Assembly (NCBI RefSeq): GCF_018977255.1
Contig: NW_024704743.1
Location: 1,550,001 to 1,614,000, forward strand
Reading direction: 5' to 3'
Source: Callorhinchus milii
Lineage: Eukaryota
Length of the DNA stretch: 64,000 nt
Part shown: positions 13,651 through 24,944 of the stretch, piece by piece
Layout of the letters: each line of letters opens with the position of its first letter
How positions within the stretch are numbered: position 1 is the first letter of the stretch
Notes under the pieces: generated by a model
What the model was told of the DNA's origin: nothing
The model's database searches: none
What the model saw: the letters and a program-made list of their open reading frames with translations, nothing else
Made by a program: the position numbers and the translations under genes

Positions 13651-15231
13651 GGTCCTGATGGTGATGTGAAGCTCCTGTTGATTAACATTACCCGGAGGTT
13701 CCTGACCTGCTTTGCCAGCGTCCGACATTCGAGAGCTGTCTCGCACCTGTCTTGAGTTGGCGAACGTTTGCCAATGTGAATTCTAACGAGGCGACGGCTT
13801 CCTCCAGGGGTTCACGTCATCGCTGGATACAATCTCCGGATCGCACGGACCCTGGTTAATGAGTCTCCGATACAGACTCCCTTCAACCGTGGACGGAAAG
13901 AACCTCCACTTATATCACGGCCCATCTCATCACAGAGAACCTTCCCAAAACACCTCGATTGGAATAATACCAATCCTTGGATCCGGGAAGGTCTCATCAC
14001 TACGTCAAAACGTCTCGAGGGGCTTTGTGGGCTGCGGCGTACAGTCGTGGTGTTTTGCGGGTGAACGCAACAATTGTGCAGCCGTGAAAAGCAACACGAC
14101 CGCATTTTATTTGGGGGATTGTTGGCCAGGACACCCGGGGAGAGAGAGAGAGAGAGAGTGAGAGAGAGAGAGAGAGAGAGAGGGGGGGGAGAGAGAGAGG
14201 GAAAAACTCCCTTCGCTTTTCAAGCAGTGCCGTAGGATTTTTAATGTCCACCTGAACAGGCAGAGTCAAGACCTTGGGTTTAATGTCTCATCCAAAGGAT
14301 GGTCCCTCCCTCCCTCCCTCCCTCCCTCCCACACCGGTCTCAAGACCCTCCTCTGCGATGAGACGTGCCTTTCGGTCGCCCCCCCTACCCCCCCCGCCCT
14401 CCAGTGCCTTGGAAGCTACGTCCACCTGAGGCGTGTAAATGGCGTGTGTTTTGTCGTTGTTGCTGTTGTCGTTTGTTTACAGCGATCGGAAGAGCTGCGG
14501 CACTCTCCGGACGCAGCGATCACTGCAGCATTCGCTCCCTCGCCTTTGCTCGCAGCGTCGGAGTTGACCCGGTGGTCTCGAGAGGGTTGCCGTGGAATCA
14601 CCCCAGGCTGACTAAGCTCTCAGCTCGGCTCAGCTCCGAGCTCCCTCTGCACCTCAGCCGCGCTCGAAACGCACCGTGGGGGGGGGTTCTTGGTGGGCCG
14701 GCAGGAGCCGAGGGGGCCAGCGATCAAGAGCAATAACAATAACGTCCCTGGAGACGTCCCAAAGCTCCTCGCGCAATCCACGGGGAGTTGGGGAGTGAGT
14801 CAAGGTGGGAGAGGTGGGGAGGTGAAGGGATTTGAGGCCGAGTGTGAGGATCTTGAAAGGGGTCCTTGGGAGCCGGTGGAGGCTGGCGGGGACTGGGGCG
14901 ATGGGGGTACGGAGTTTCGGGCGGGTGGAGTTATGCGGGCGGCGGTGTGTGGCTGGTGGGGCTGGGGAGAGGGTCAAGGAGGGCGTTGGAACGGTCGAGC
15001 CAGGAAGGTGACCAACACGCGTTGGGGTACAGTGCGTCGTAATGAGTGGATTTGCTGGGTATTTTGTGGGCCGAACGCGGCAGCCAATCGCGCACAGCAG
15101 CGTCCCCACAAACAGTGGCCAAATTATTATTATTAATTTTGAAGGGATTATTACCCCCGGGGAAAGCCATCCTCCCATCGACTTACAACCGGGTTCCTAC
15201 CGACTGCTGGTAAACAGAGCCGCGCGCGCGC

Positions 15232-15262
<31 letters not shown>

Positions 15263-16174
15263 GAGTGAGGAAACTTGCCCAACGTTTCCTCCCGCCCGGG
15301 AATCGAACTCGGGTCCTCTCGCTTGCGAGGCGAGTGCTCGAACCACTGAGCTCCGGGGACTCCAGAGGGAGCGGTGTTCTGTGATATCTGGTCTGCCATC
15401 TACCAGCTCCACCTGCTGGAACATGGCAAAGTTTCCTTTATTTAGCACAAACTCACGGGCGCTGATCGCCCTTTGACGGACGGACGGACGGGGTGCGTCT
15501 GACACCCGTCAGCGTTGCTTGAGAGTCTCCCAAACGACAGGTGACATTCCCGTGGGTCGGAGCAGCAATGGTGAGGGCCCAGTCGCTCGCGGGATTAAAG
15601 GCTAAGGATGTGCCGACAACCACAACAACTTGCATTTTACACGGCAATCCTCTCACTGGGCGAAGAGGAAGGTCTTCGGGTGCGACCTGAAGATGAGGGA
15701 GGAAGGGGGCGAGGCAGAGGGAAGGATATACAGAGAGAGAGAGAGAGAGAGAGTTTCGGGGCATAGCGGCTGAAAGCCCGGCCGCGGACGGTGGAACGGA
15801 GGGGGCGAGGGATGGGTGGGGGGGGGGTCAAGCAGGAGGCCGGAGCCGGTCACGGAAACGGTGGGTAGACTCCGCGAAAATAAACCAAGGTTAAACTACA
15901 GCAACAAATTGCGATGCAAAATCCACATTTATATAGGGTTTCGGAGGGCAAGTCAAAGGGGTTTAAAAGGCCTGGAGTGGGCAAAAGGGGGAAGGGGATT
16001 AATGACAACTGTACACAGTAAAATCTCACGCAGGTTTTATCTTTATACGTCTTATCGTGTAAGTCATAAGTGCACCCGAATCAGCTTCCTACCGAAAAAC
16101 ACTTCGATTCCTTCGCACTTCGTATTTTTACGAAGCGAATCATCTCCTAACTCGTAATGCCGCCGTAATAATAA

Positions 16175-18304
16175 CAACAACAACAACAACAACAAGATTC
16201 CATTTATAGAGCGCCTTTCACGTCAGGAGGACGTCCCAAGGCGCTGCACAGTTGGGTCATGACCCGAGCAGGGGGGAAATGGTCAGGGTGAGGGGAGGGA
16301 AGGGAGGGAGAGAGGAGGGGGAAATGGTCAGGGTGAGGGGAGGGAAGGGAGGGAGCGAGGAGGAGGAAGAGAGTCGAGAGGGGAGCTGAAGGCACGGTCA
16401 AAGAGAAAGGTTTTGAGACCGGCCTTGAAGGAGGAAAGGGAGGAAGCAAGGCGAAGGCACTGGGGGATGGAGTTCCAGAGCCTCGGGGCTGAGAGGCTGA
16501 AGGCCCGACCACCGATAGTAGGGCGGTTGGGGCGGGGGACGTGGAGCAGACCGGAGCCAGAGGAACGGAGGGTACGGGCAGGTAGGTAGGGGGATAGTAG
16601 GTTGGAGAGGTAGGAGGGAGCAAGGCCGTGAATGGCCTTGTAGGTGAGGATGAGGATCTTGAAATCAATCCTCTGGGGGATGGGGAGCCAGTGGAGGCGA
16701 GCGAGGGTGGGAGTGATGTGGTCCCGAAGCCTGGTGCGGGAAAGTACACGAGCTGCAGAGTTCTGAATGACCTGCAGCTTGTGGAGGGAGGTGGCGGGAA
16801 GGCCGGCGAGGAGAGAGTTCCCATAGTCCAGCCTTGAGGTGACAAAGGCGTGAACCAGGGTTTCAGCAGCGTGAGGGGTGAGGTAGTGCCGTAGTCTGGC
16901 GATGTTCCGGAGGTGATGGAAGGCGGTGCCAGTTGTGGTGCGGATGTGAGGGAGAAAGGACAGCTCAGGGTCGAACAAAACGCCGAGGTTCCTGACTGGC
17001 TTTGAGAGGTGGAGAGTGCAGCCTTGGATGCTGATGGTGTCAGCGCCTGAGGTGCGGAGGCGCTGACGTGAGCCAATCAGGAGGGCCTCGGTTTTTTGCA
17101 CGTTGAGCTGAAGAAAGTTGTCTCTCGTCCAGGACTCGATGTCGGACAGGCAGGCTGTCAGGACATCGGTGGTCGTGGAGTTGAGAGTAGAGGAGGAAAG
17201 GTAGAGTTGGGTGTCATCCGCATACATGTGGAAGTTAACCCCATGTTTGCGGATGATGTCACCAAGGGGGAGCATATAGAGGGTGAAGAGGAGGGGACCG
17301 AGGACAGAGCCCTGAGGGACACCACATGAGACAGTACGGGGGGTGGAGGAGAAGCCATTCGTTGAGACGAAGTGAAGACGGTGAGAAAGGTACGACCTAA
17401 ACCATTCAAGGACAGTGCCTTGAAAGTTGAGGTGGGAGGACAAGCGGTGGAGTAGGATAGTGTGGTCGACCGTATCGAATGCTGCCGATAGGTCGAGGAG
17501 GACGAGGAGACAGAGGGAGCCCTGGTCACAGATGGTCAGGATATCATTGGTGACCTTGACCAGGGCAGTTTCTGTGCTATGAGCAGCACGGAAACCTGAC
17601 TGAAGGGGTTCAAAAAGAGAATGGGTGGAGAGGAAAGAGCGCAGTTGGGAGGCGACAACTCTTTCCAAGACCTTGGAGAGAAAGGGGAGGTTGGAGATGG
17701 GCCGGTAGCTTGATAGCTGCGACGCATCAAGGGAGGGTTTTTTCAGGGTGGGCGTGATGATGGCAGTTTTTAATGGAATGGGGACAGAGCCAGAGGAGAG
17801 GGACAGGTTTATGATGTCAGTGATGTGTGGGACAAGAAAATGGAGCTGGGAGATAAGGAGTGGAGTGGGGATGGGGTCAAGGGAGCAGGTGGTTGGTTTT
17901 AGGGATAGGATGAGTTCAGTGACAGAGGGTGGGGAAACGGGTACGAAGGTGTGTAGGGGAGGATGGGTAGGAGTCGGAGTGTGGGAGGGAAGGGGTGGGT
18001 GGTGGGTGGAAGTTGGAGGGGAAGTGACCGCGGAGCGGATTCCCTTGATCTTGGATTCAAGGAAATCCAGCATCTCCTCGCAGTGAAGGTTGGAGGAGAT
18101 GACCTGCGCGGGGTGGCGGGGGGGACGGAGGAGTCGGGATGTGGTGGAAAACAGTAGCCTGGGGTTGTTCTTCGCCTCCAGGATTATCCTGGAGTAGAAG
18201 GACGACTTGGCCGAGGCTAGAGTGGAGCGGTAAATTTTGAGGAGGTCCAGCCAGATTTGTCGGTGGACCGTTAAGCCGGATTTGACAAAGGTGCGCTCAC
18301 CTTT
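16175..18304 (-). mobile_element. Young 5'-truncated L2-clade LINE with uninterrupted ORF2 (reverse transcriptase)
   Basis: The frame is open from ~18298 to the stop at 16328 (~656 aa; the track ORF is 581 aa from the first Met). Motifs [53 protein letters not shown]. It has a 3' stem-loop and a (TTG)n tail. Confidence 0.95.
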
Positions 18305-19392
18305 ATTATTATTATAATAATAATAATAATAATAATAATGATGTCGCTCCTTATCACATCATTGAGACAACAACAATAACAATAACAACAACGACAGCGA
18401 CATGAACTTATATACCCAGCTCTCAGAGGCGTCTCGAAGCGCTTCACAAAATATACTGTAAAGTGAATTGACTGTGTACGTTGCTGGACCGAGGTACCCC
18501 CTCGCAGTTTAGACTACTGATTAAGTCGGATTTTATACCACTCACGCACGTTTGCCTGCAATAATAGCCATAACAATAAATAAATAATAATAATAGTCCT
18601 CGCATTTTTACACCGCGCCTGATCACGTCTTCGAGACGTCTCAAAGCGCTTCGCAGGATACACTAAACTGCAGTGACTTTGTGTTTTGTGGGTGAAACGC
18701 GGCAGCCAATTGCGCACAGCGACGTCCCCGCCAACAGCCGCGGGTTGAAGAAGTGACCGCATTATACGAAACAGACAGATATTTTGCGATGTGGAGGTGT
18801 GTGTGTGGGGGGTGTGGTGGGGGTGAAGGGGGGATGGGGGTGATGGGGGGGTGAGGGTAGGGATCGAAGAGGAACGAGCTGAAGATGGGGGAGGAAGGGG
18901 GCGAGGCGGAGGGATTGAGGGAGAGGGTCTGGAGCCTGCACGGCGGCAAAAGGCAAAAAAGATCTTCGATGAAAACCTTCGTCAACTGGTTCCTGGTTTC
19001 GGAGTCTGGAGGACAGGGATGGGTGGAGGAGGAAGAGGAAGAGGAGGGAGCAGAGTGTTTAGACCACGGTGTCAGTTCACAGCGCTCCAAGTCTGGACGC
19101 ACTCACCTGCAATGCAAACAGTTGGGAAGAAATAGGTTACAAATACTATGTATTTTTGTGGCTGAAACGCTGCAGTCAACAGTGGGTTGAGTCACTACAT
19201 TTTCCTTGAGGGATTATTCCCTGCCCAGGAAAGCGATTGTATACCCCATACTCGACCCTCCCCCCCCTCCCTCCCCGTCGAAGATTTCAGACCGGTGAAC
19301 CTTACTCACCCAAACCAGTTGCATCCCCCTCAGGAAGTAACTGGTGCAAACTCTGTTCTGATTGAATCCGTTAAAAGATTTGGTAAAGGGAG

Positions 19393-19423
<31 letters not shown>

Positions 19424-19599
19424 AGAGGTGGGAGGAGGGGCAGAGGGGGAGACGGGGGTGAGAGAGTGGGGTGGGAGTGGGGTTGTGGGGCGCAGTGGTG
19501 GGGGAATGGGGTGAGGATCGTTCCTCCAAATCGCAGGGAAGTGTAGTCCAATCTGTTGATGGGACAGGAAGGAAATGAGGCGACACAGAATGGCATCGA

Positions 19600-20615
19600 T
19601 CAACAAGGGGTGTCCATCTGGCTGTTGGCCACCACTGGGACAGCTCCGTAACTGTCCACGTGGCGTCTCAGCCATCTTCGCTGCACTTCAGACTGCACCT
19701 GTCCGGGCACAACAACAACAACAACAGCAGCTTGTACTTATATAGCGTCCCTCCACACAGGGCAGGGTCTCAGAGCACTGACTCCGAGCCGGGGGGTGTG
19801 GGTGGGGGGAGGGGGGAGGGGGGGAGGTGGGCGTAAGTACGGTCGAAGAGGAAGGTTTTCAGGCGGGACTTGAAAGAGGGGAGAGAGGGGGGGGCAGGTG
19901 GAGGGATTCAGGGAGAGCGTTCCAGAATCTCGGGCGTAGCGGCTGAAAGCTGACCGGGTGGTGGATTGGGGGGAGTGAGGAGGTCGGACAGGGAGGGAGG
20001 GAGGGAGGGGCCGGGGAATGAAAGGGAATTGAACACGAGAGCGAGAGGATCTTGAAGTGGACCCGTTGGGTGACGGGGAGCCAAGTGGAGCCTGGGCCAG
20101 AACTGGTGAGATGTGGGGGACGGAGTTTGTTCCGGGTCAGTATTGCGGGACAATAAACTGGTCCACTTACCTCTTGGTTGAGAAAGCAATACAGGACTCC
20201 CACTATGAAACCCTGTACACAGAGAGAGAGAGAGAGAGACACAAACTCAGAGCCTCGTCGGGAACAGGAAATTACTGACTGTATCTGGGAGAATATCGGC
20301 CAGAACACAGGGAGAAACTCGCTTAACGTCTCATTCAAAGGACGTCACCTCCAGTAATGTCGAATTCCACCCCCTCCCTTCCCCCTTCCCCCCAGCTCTG
20401 AACTAGAGCATCAGTTGACGTCCTAAGGCACTGGACAGTCAGGGGTTTGGATCCGAGCAGTGGGTGCGGGGGGGGTGGTGTATGGGAAGGTGGAGGGCTA
20501 GGATTGGGACTAGGGCAAGGACGGTCGAAGAGGAGGGTCTTGAGATGTGCCTTGAAGGAGGCAACAGAAGGAGCAAGATTATTACCCCGGGGAAAGCGAT
20601 CTGAGGCGCGCGCGC

Positions 20616-20646
<31 letters not shown>

Positions 20647-21413
20647 GAGTGAGGAAACTTGCCCAACTTTTCCTCTGCCCCGGGAATCGAACCCGGGTCC
20701 TCTCGCTTGCGAGGCGAGTGCTCTAACCCCTGAGCTCCGGGGACTCCACACAGGACCTGTTGCTATGACTGTACCTGAAATGATCCGATGCAGAGATCAA
20801 GGTAGAGCTTGACAGCGTGGACGACGTGATCGGGTGGGAAAGCACATATGATGTAGTGCACCCCGAATAGGGGGATCAGGAGCAGAGTGGACTTTACCAG
20901 TCGCCTACCGGAGAGGTATTAAAATATCAATTATTATATCAAACAGCAACAACGACAAAATTAGAGTTACACAGGGCCTTGGAGGAGGCGAGGGAGGGGA
21001 CGAGGCGAAGGGGGCAGAGAAGCTGAAAGCCCGAACGCTGATGGTGGGGCGGGCCGGGCGGGGGGGGGAGACATGAAGCAGGTCGGAGCTTGAACGGAGA
21101 GGAGTATCAGGAGTATCACTGAGGTGGGAGGGGTCAAGGCCGTTGAGGGCTTTGAAGGCGGGGATGAGGATGTTGAAACTCTATCCTCTGGGGGATGGGG
21201 AAGCCAGTGGAGCCGGGCGAGGGTGGCCGTGATGGGGTGATGGGGGGTGGTGCGGGAGAGGACACGAGCTGCAGAGTTCTGGATGGTCCGCAACCTGTGG
21301 AGGGAAGAGCTGGGGAGGCCGCCAAGCTGGGAGTCATCTTGGAACATCAACCCAGGCCTTCGCCTACCTGTACTGGGAGGAGTTGACCATGTGGATCTCC
21401 CGAGGGTTAAGCT
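19600..21413 (-). pseudogene. GHRHR: Partial inverted duplicate of GHRHR: last 46 nt of exon 10 (21368-21413), exon 11 (20775-20904), exon 12 (20171-20212), exon 13 (19600-19698)
   Basis: The reverse complement matches the + strand exons, and splice sites are retained. Exons 1-9 are absent. It may be the other haplotype rather than a true paralog. Confidence 0.8.
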
Positions 21414-22060
21414 CTCTCTCAGTCTCTCTCTCTCTCTCTCTCTCTCCCCCTCTCAGTCTCTCTCTCTCTCCCTCTCAGTCTCACTCTCGGATAGAAAGTT
21501 TACGCTAAGGTGACCCCATTTTCCGGTCAAGTCAGTACCTGGGCGAGGTCACAGGTTAAGGCCACCTCTCTCTCCCCCCTCTCTCTCTCTCTCCCTCTCC
21601 CCCTCGCTCTCCCCCTCGCTCTCTCCCTCCCTCCCTCTCTCGCTGCGCTTGACATCTTTATAAGCTGTTGTTTCACGTTTATTGGGAAGTAGGTGGTTCC
21701 GCTTGTGTGTGTGTGTGTGTGTGAGAGCGTATGGGTAAGGGTTCCGTCTACCTTCCCATCACCGCCCACTGAGTATAACAGAGCCCGAAGCAGAGTGTAT
21801 GTGTGTGGGTGGGGGTGGGTGGGTGGGTGGGCGCGTTGGTGGGTGTGTGTGGGTTGGGGTGGATTGGAGTGAGTCCGACTGGGTTAGACGAGGTTGCGTT
21901 GGGTGAGAGCAGGTCAGGGGTGAGGGTCAGAGTCAGAGTCAGGGTCAGGGTGGGGTTGTGATGGGTTAAAGAGCGAGGCTGATTCCCCTCTCGCCCCCTC
22001 TCTCCCCCTCTCCCTCTCGCTCTCGCTCGCTCGCTCGCTCGCTCGCTCGCTCGCAACGGA

Positions 22061-22111
22061 ATGATCTCCGTCGGACTGAGCTGGACGTTGTGCAGTTTGT
22101 TCGTTTTCGGA
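22061..22111 (+). CDS. GHRHR: GHRHR exon 1 (signal peptide [17 protein letters not shown])
   Basis: ATG plus 17 mostly hydrophobic codons, ending at a consensus GTAAGT donor in phase 0 that joins exon 2 (VNSILHPEC). Confidence 0.8.
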
Positions 22112-24015
22112 GTAAGTACAACATAATGACCTTTACAGTGTCCGGACCGCGACTCTGCTAACTTCCCCCCACCCCCAACGCACTCCCACTCCCACCTCCC
22201 ACCCCTGTCCCCCTCGCCCCCCCCCCCATCCCCCACACCCTAAACACCGTCTCTGCGTCTCTTCGTGCCTCACTCACCCACTCAGGTGAGTAAGTTCCTC
22301 TTTTACGGTCAGGAATGCCCCCCCAAAAAATCCTTGATCCATTCCTACCCTCAGGATCTCTCTCTCTGGCTCTCTCTCTGTCTCTCTCTCTGTCTCTCTC
22401 TCTGTCTCTCTGAGAGAGACAAAATAATAATAAGTTGGTCACTTCAACCCGCGGCTGTTTGCGGGGACGCTGCTGTGCGCAATTGGCTGCCGCGTTTCGC
22501 CCACAAGACACACAGTCACTACACTTGACAGTATATTCTGTGAAGCGCTTTGAGACATCAAATGCAAGGATTATTATTATTATTATTATTATTATTATTT
22601 CGGGATTCAATCTCAGTTTTGGTTACTCCACAACTTAACCTGCCCCCTTTTTCTCTCTCTCGTTGTTTATTTCCCTTTCTCTCTATCCCTCTCTCTCTCT
22701 TTCTCTCTCTCACTCTTTCGGTTTCTTTTTCTTTTTCGTATTTGACAGACAGTTCACTTTACAGCGGGTTCTTTGAAGTGCTTTTTTTTTTAAAAATCCG
22801 AACGCCGTGGTCTGAATACTTAAAGTTGCGCAGAATTTTTGGGGGTTTATTTGAAATCCTTAATTTGAGATGTTTTAATAATAATAATAATAATAATCGC
22901 TGCGTTTGATTTAGCGCCTTATCACGTCTTCGAGACGTCTCAAAGCGCTTCAGAATATACTGTAGAAAGTGAATTGACTGTACAGTTGTGGAAGAAACAC
23001 CACAAATACACCTGGACGAGCAGCGGCGAAAAAAATGCCAGACAGAGCTCCAAATGGCCGAGCTGCGTGTGGGTTTGGCTGGTTCGACTCCAGCAGTTAC
23101 TCCAACTCACTCTCTGGGCAGATTGGGCAAGTTTCCTCACTCCACACACACACACACACACTCACACGCACACACACACACACACACACACGCGCACACA
23201 CACACGCGCGCCTCTGGTTACCGGCAGTCAGTAGGAACCCGGTTGTTAGTCGACGGGCGGATGGCTTTTCCGGGGATAATAATTGCTTTAAAAAATAATA
23301 ATAAATCGGTCACTCAATCCACGGCTGTTTGTGGGGGGCGCTGCCGCGCGCAATTGGCCGCCGCGGTTTGCCCACAAAACGTGCAGTCAATTAACTTAAC
23401 AGTGCACCCTGTGAAGCGCTTTGAGGCGTCTCTAAGACGCGATCAGTCGCTGTGTCAAAGGCGAGGATTAATATTATTATTGGTGGTGACCCGGAGTGCT
23501 CTTCCGCTCTTTCAGGTGAACAGCATTCTGCACCCAGAGTGTGAGATCGTCAAGGGGTTGAAGCGTAACCAGGACAAGTGCTTAAGAGGCATTCGAGACA
23601 ATCGGAATACATCCGTGCAAGGTAGGCAACTCTTTAAACCACACGTCACACTGCTCGTGACCGGTTAAACCCCCCCCACCCCGAAAAAGCACTTCGAAGC
23701 CCAATTAAATTAATAGCGCTTCACAAACGAGCTTTTAATTCCCCCAAAAAGTGGCGTTTCAAAACCCTCATGAAGTTTATTGCCTCCTCCGTTCAGCTTT
23801 TAACTTCCTTAAAGACCGCGGTTTTGACCCAGTAAAATTAACAGCTTAACATCCTGACTTATTCATTGCCCCTCCGCAGCCCCCCCCCCTCCTCCCTCCC
23901 ACTCGCCCGTTAATTGTGTCCTGTTCAACAAACCATCTCCCACCCCCCCACCCACTCAAATAATTATTGGTTGTTCACTCCATGGCTCTCTGTGGGCAAA
24001 ACTGGCTGCTGCCTT

Positions 24016-24046
<31 letters not shown>

Positions 24047-24906
24047 TCATCCTTGCATTTAGTACAGCGCCTTTTCACATCATTGAGACGTACATAGGAA
24101 GGAGTGTTGAGGGGAGGGAGTTGGAGGAATCCAGGATGCAGTTATAGCCAACACACGACAACTTGCCACAACAATTTACACAGCGCTCTTTATGCGAGGC
24201 AACGTCTCGGAGCGATGAACAGCGACTCCGAGCCGTGGTGGGGTAGTTTGGGGGGGGGGGGGAAAGGAAAGCGGAGTTGACCGTATGTACGGTCGATACA
24301 GAGGGGCAGAAGGACTGAAAACCTGTCCCCTCTTCTCCAACCACCTGCCCAGGACACGTGAAGCATTTTGAGACTTCCACTCTGCTTTGGTCACTCAATC
24401 CACCACGGTTTGTGTGTTTCTGTGTGTGTGTGTGTGTGGGGGGGGGGGAGGAGACGCTGCTGTGGGCAATTGGCTGCCGCGTTTCACCCACAAAACGCAC
24501 AGTCACTTTACGGTGTATCCCGCGAAGCGCTTTGAGACGTGTCGAAGGCGTGATGAGGGGCTGTATCAATTGGAAGGGTTATTATTATTATTATTACTAA
24601 TCGCGCGAGGTGAAGAACGCTGTATATCAATGTAACTTGCGTTGCCTCTTGTGTTTCTCCAGGTTGTAGGAAGCTATGGGACGGAGTGGTGTGCTGGCCT
24701 CATGCTCCTCGTGGGGCAACAGTTAATGTCTCCTGCCCGGCTATCTTCTCCCACTTCACCGCCAACACAGGTAAAAAAAATATACATCTGCTCAACCGGG
24801 TGTCTGACCCAACACGAGGAAACCCACCACCGTGGCTTCAGAGTCTCCCAAGGCAGTCTGAGACCTCCACCCCCGGGCATCGCCTACACGTAGAAACCTG
24901 GATATG

Positions 24907-24944
<38 letters not shown>

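Larger units (their letters stand above)
15110..21413 (-). repeat. Left arm of a large inverted duplication (mirror of 29759-33927, plus a private L2 insertion)
   Basis: Continuous reverse-complement match through introns, SINEs and 3' flank, with scattered SNPs and homopolymer length differences. Confidence 0.95.

Noticed and set aside
16204..17076. 290-aa Ser/Pro-rich ORF overlapping L2 ORF2
   Set aside because: It is an alternative-frame shadow of a C-rich LINE coding sequence.
23035..23120. ATG-initiated ORF just upstream of GHRHR exon 2
   Set aside because: It is a fragment of the unclassified repeat fused to a SINE.
23516..23545. VNSILHPEC resembles the VIPR2 N-terminus
   Set aside because: The remaining exons (DHCTFST, SPYWW, NSSQYRRL, LNQE) and the MINDY4 linkage fit GHRHR better.
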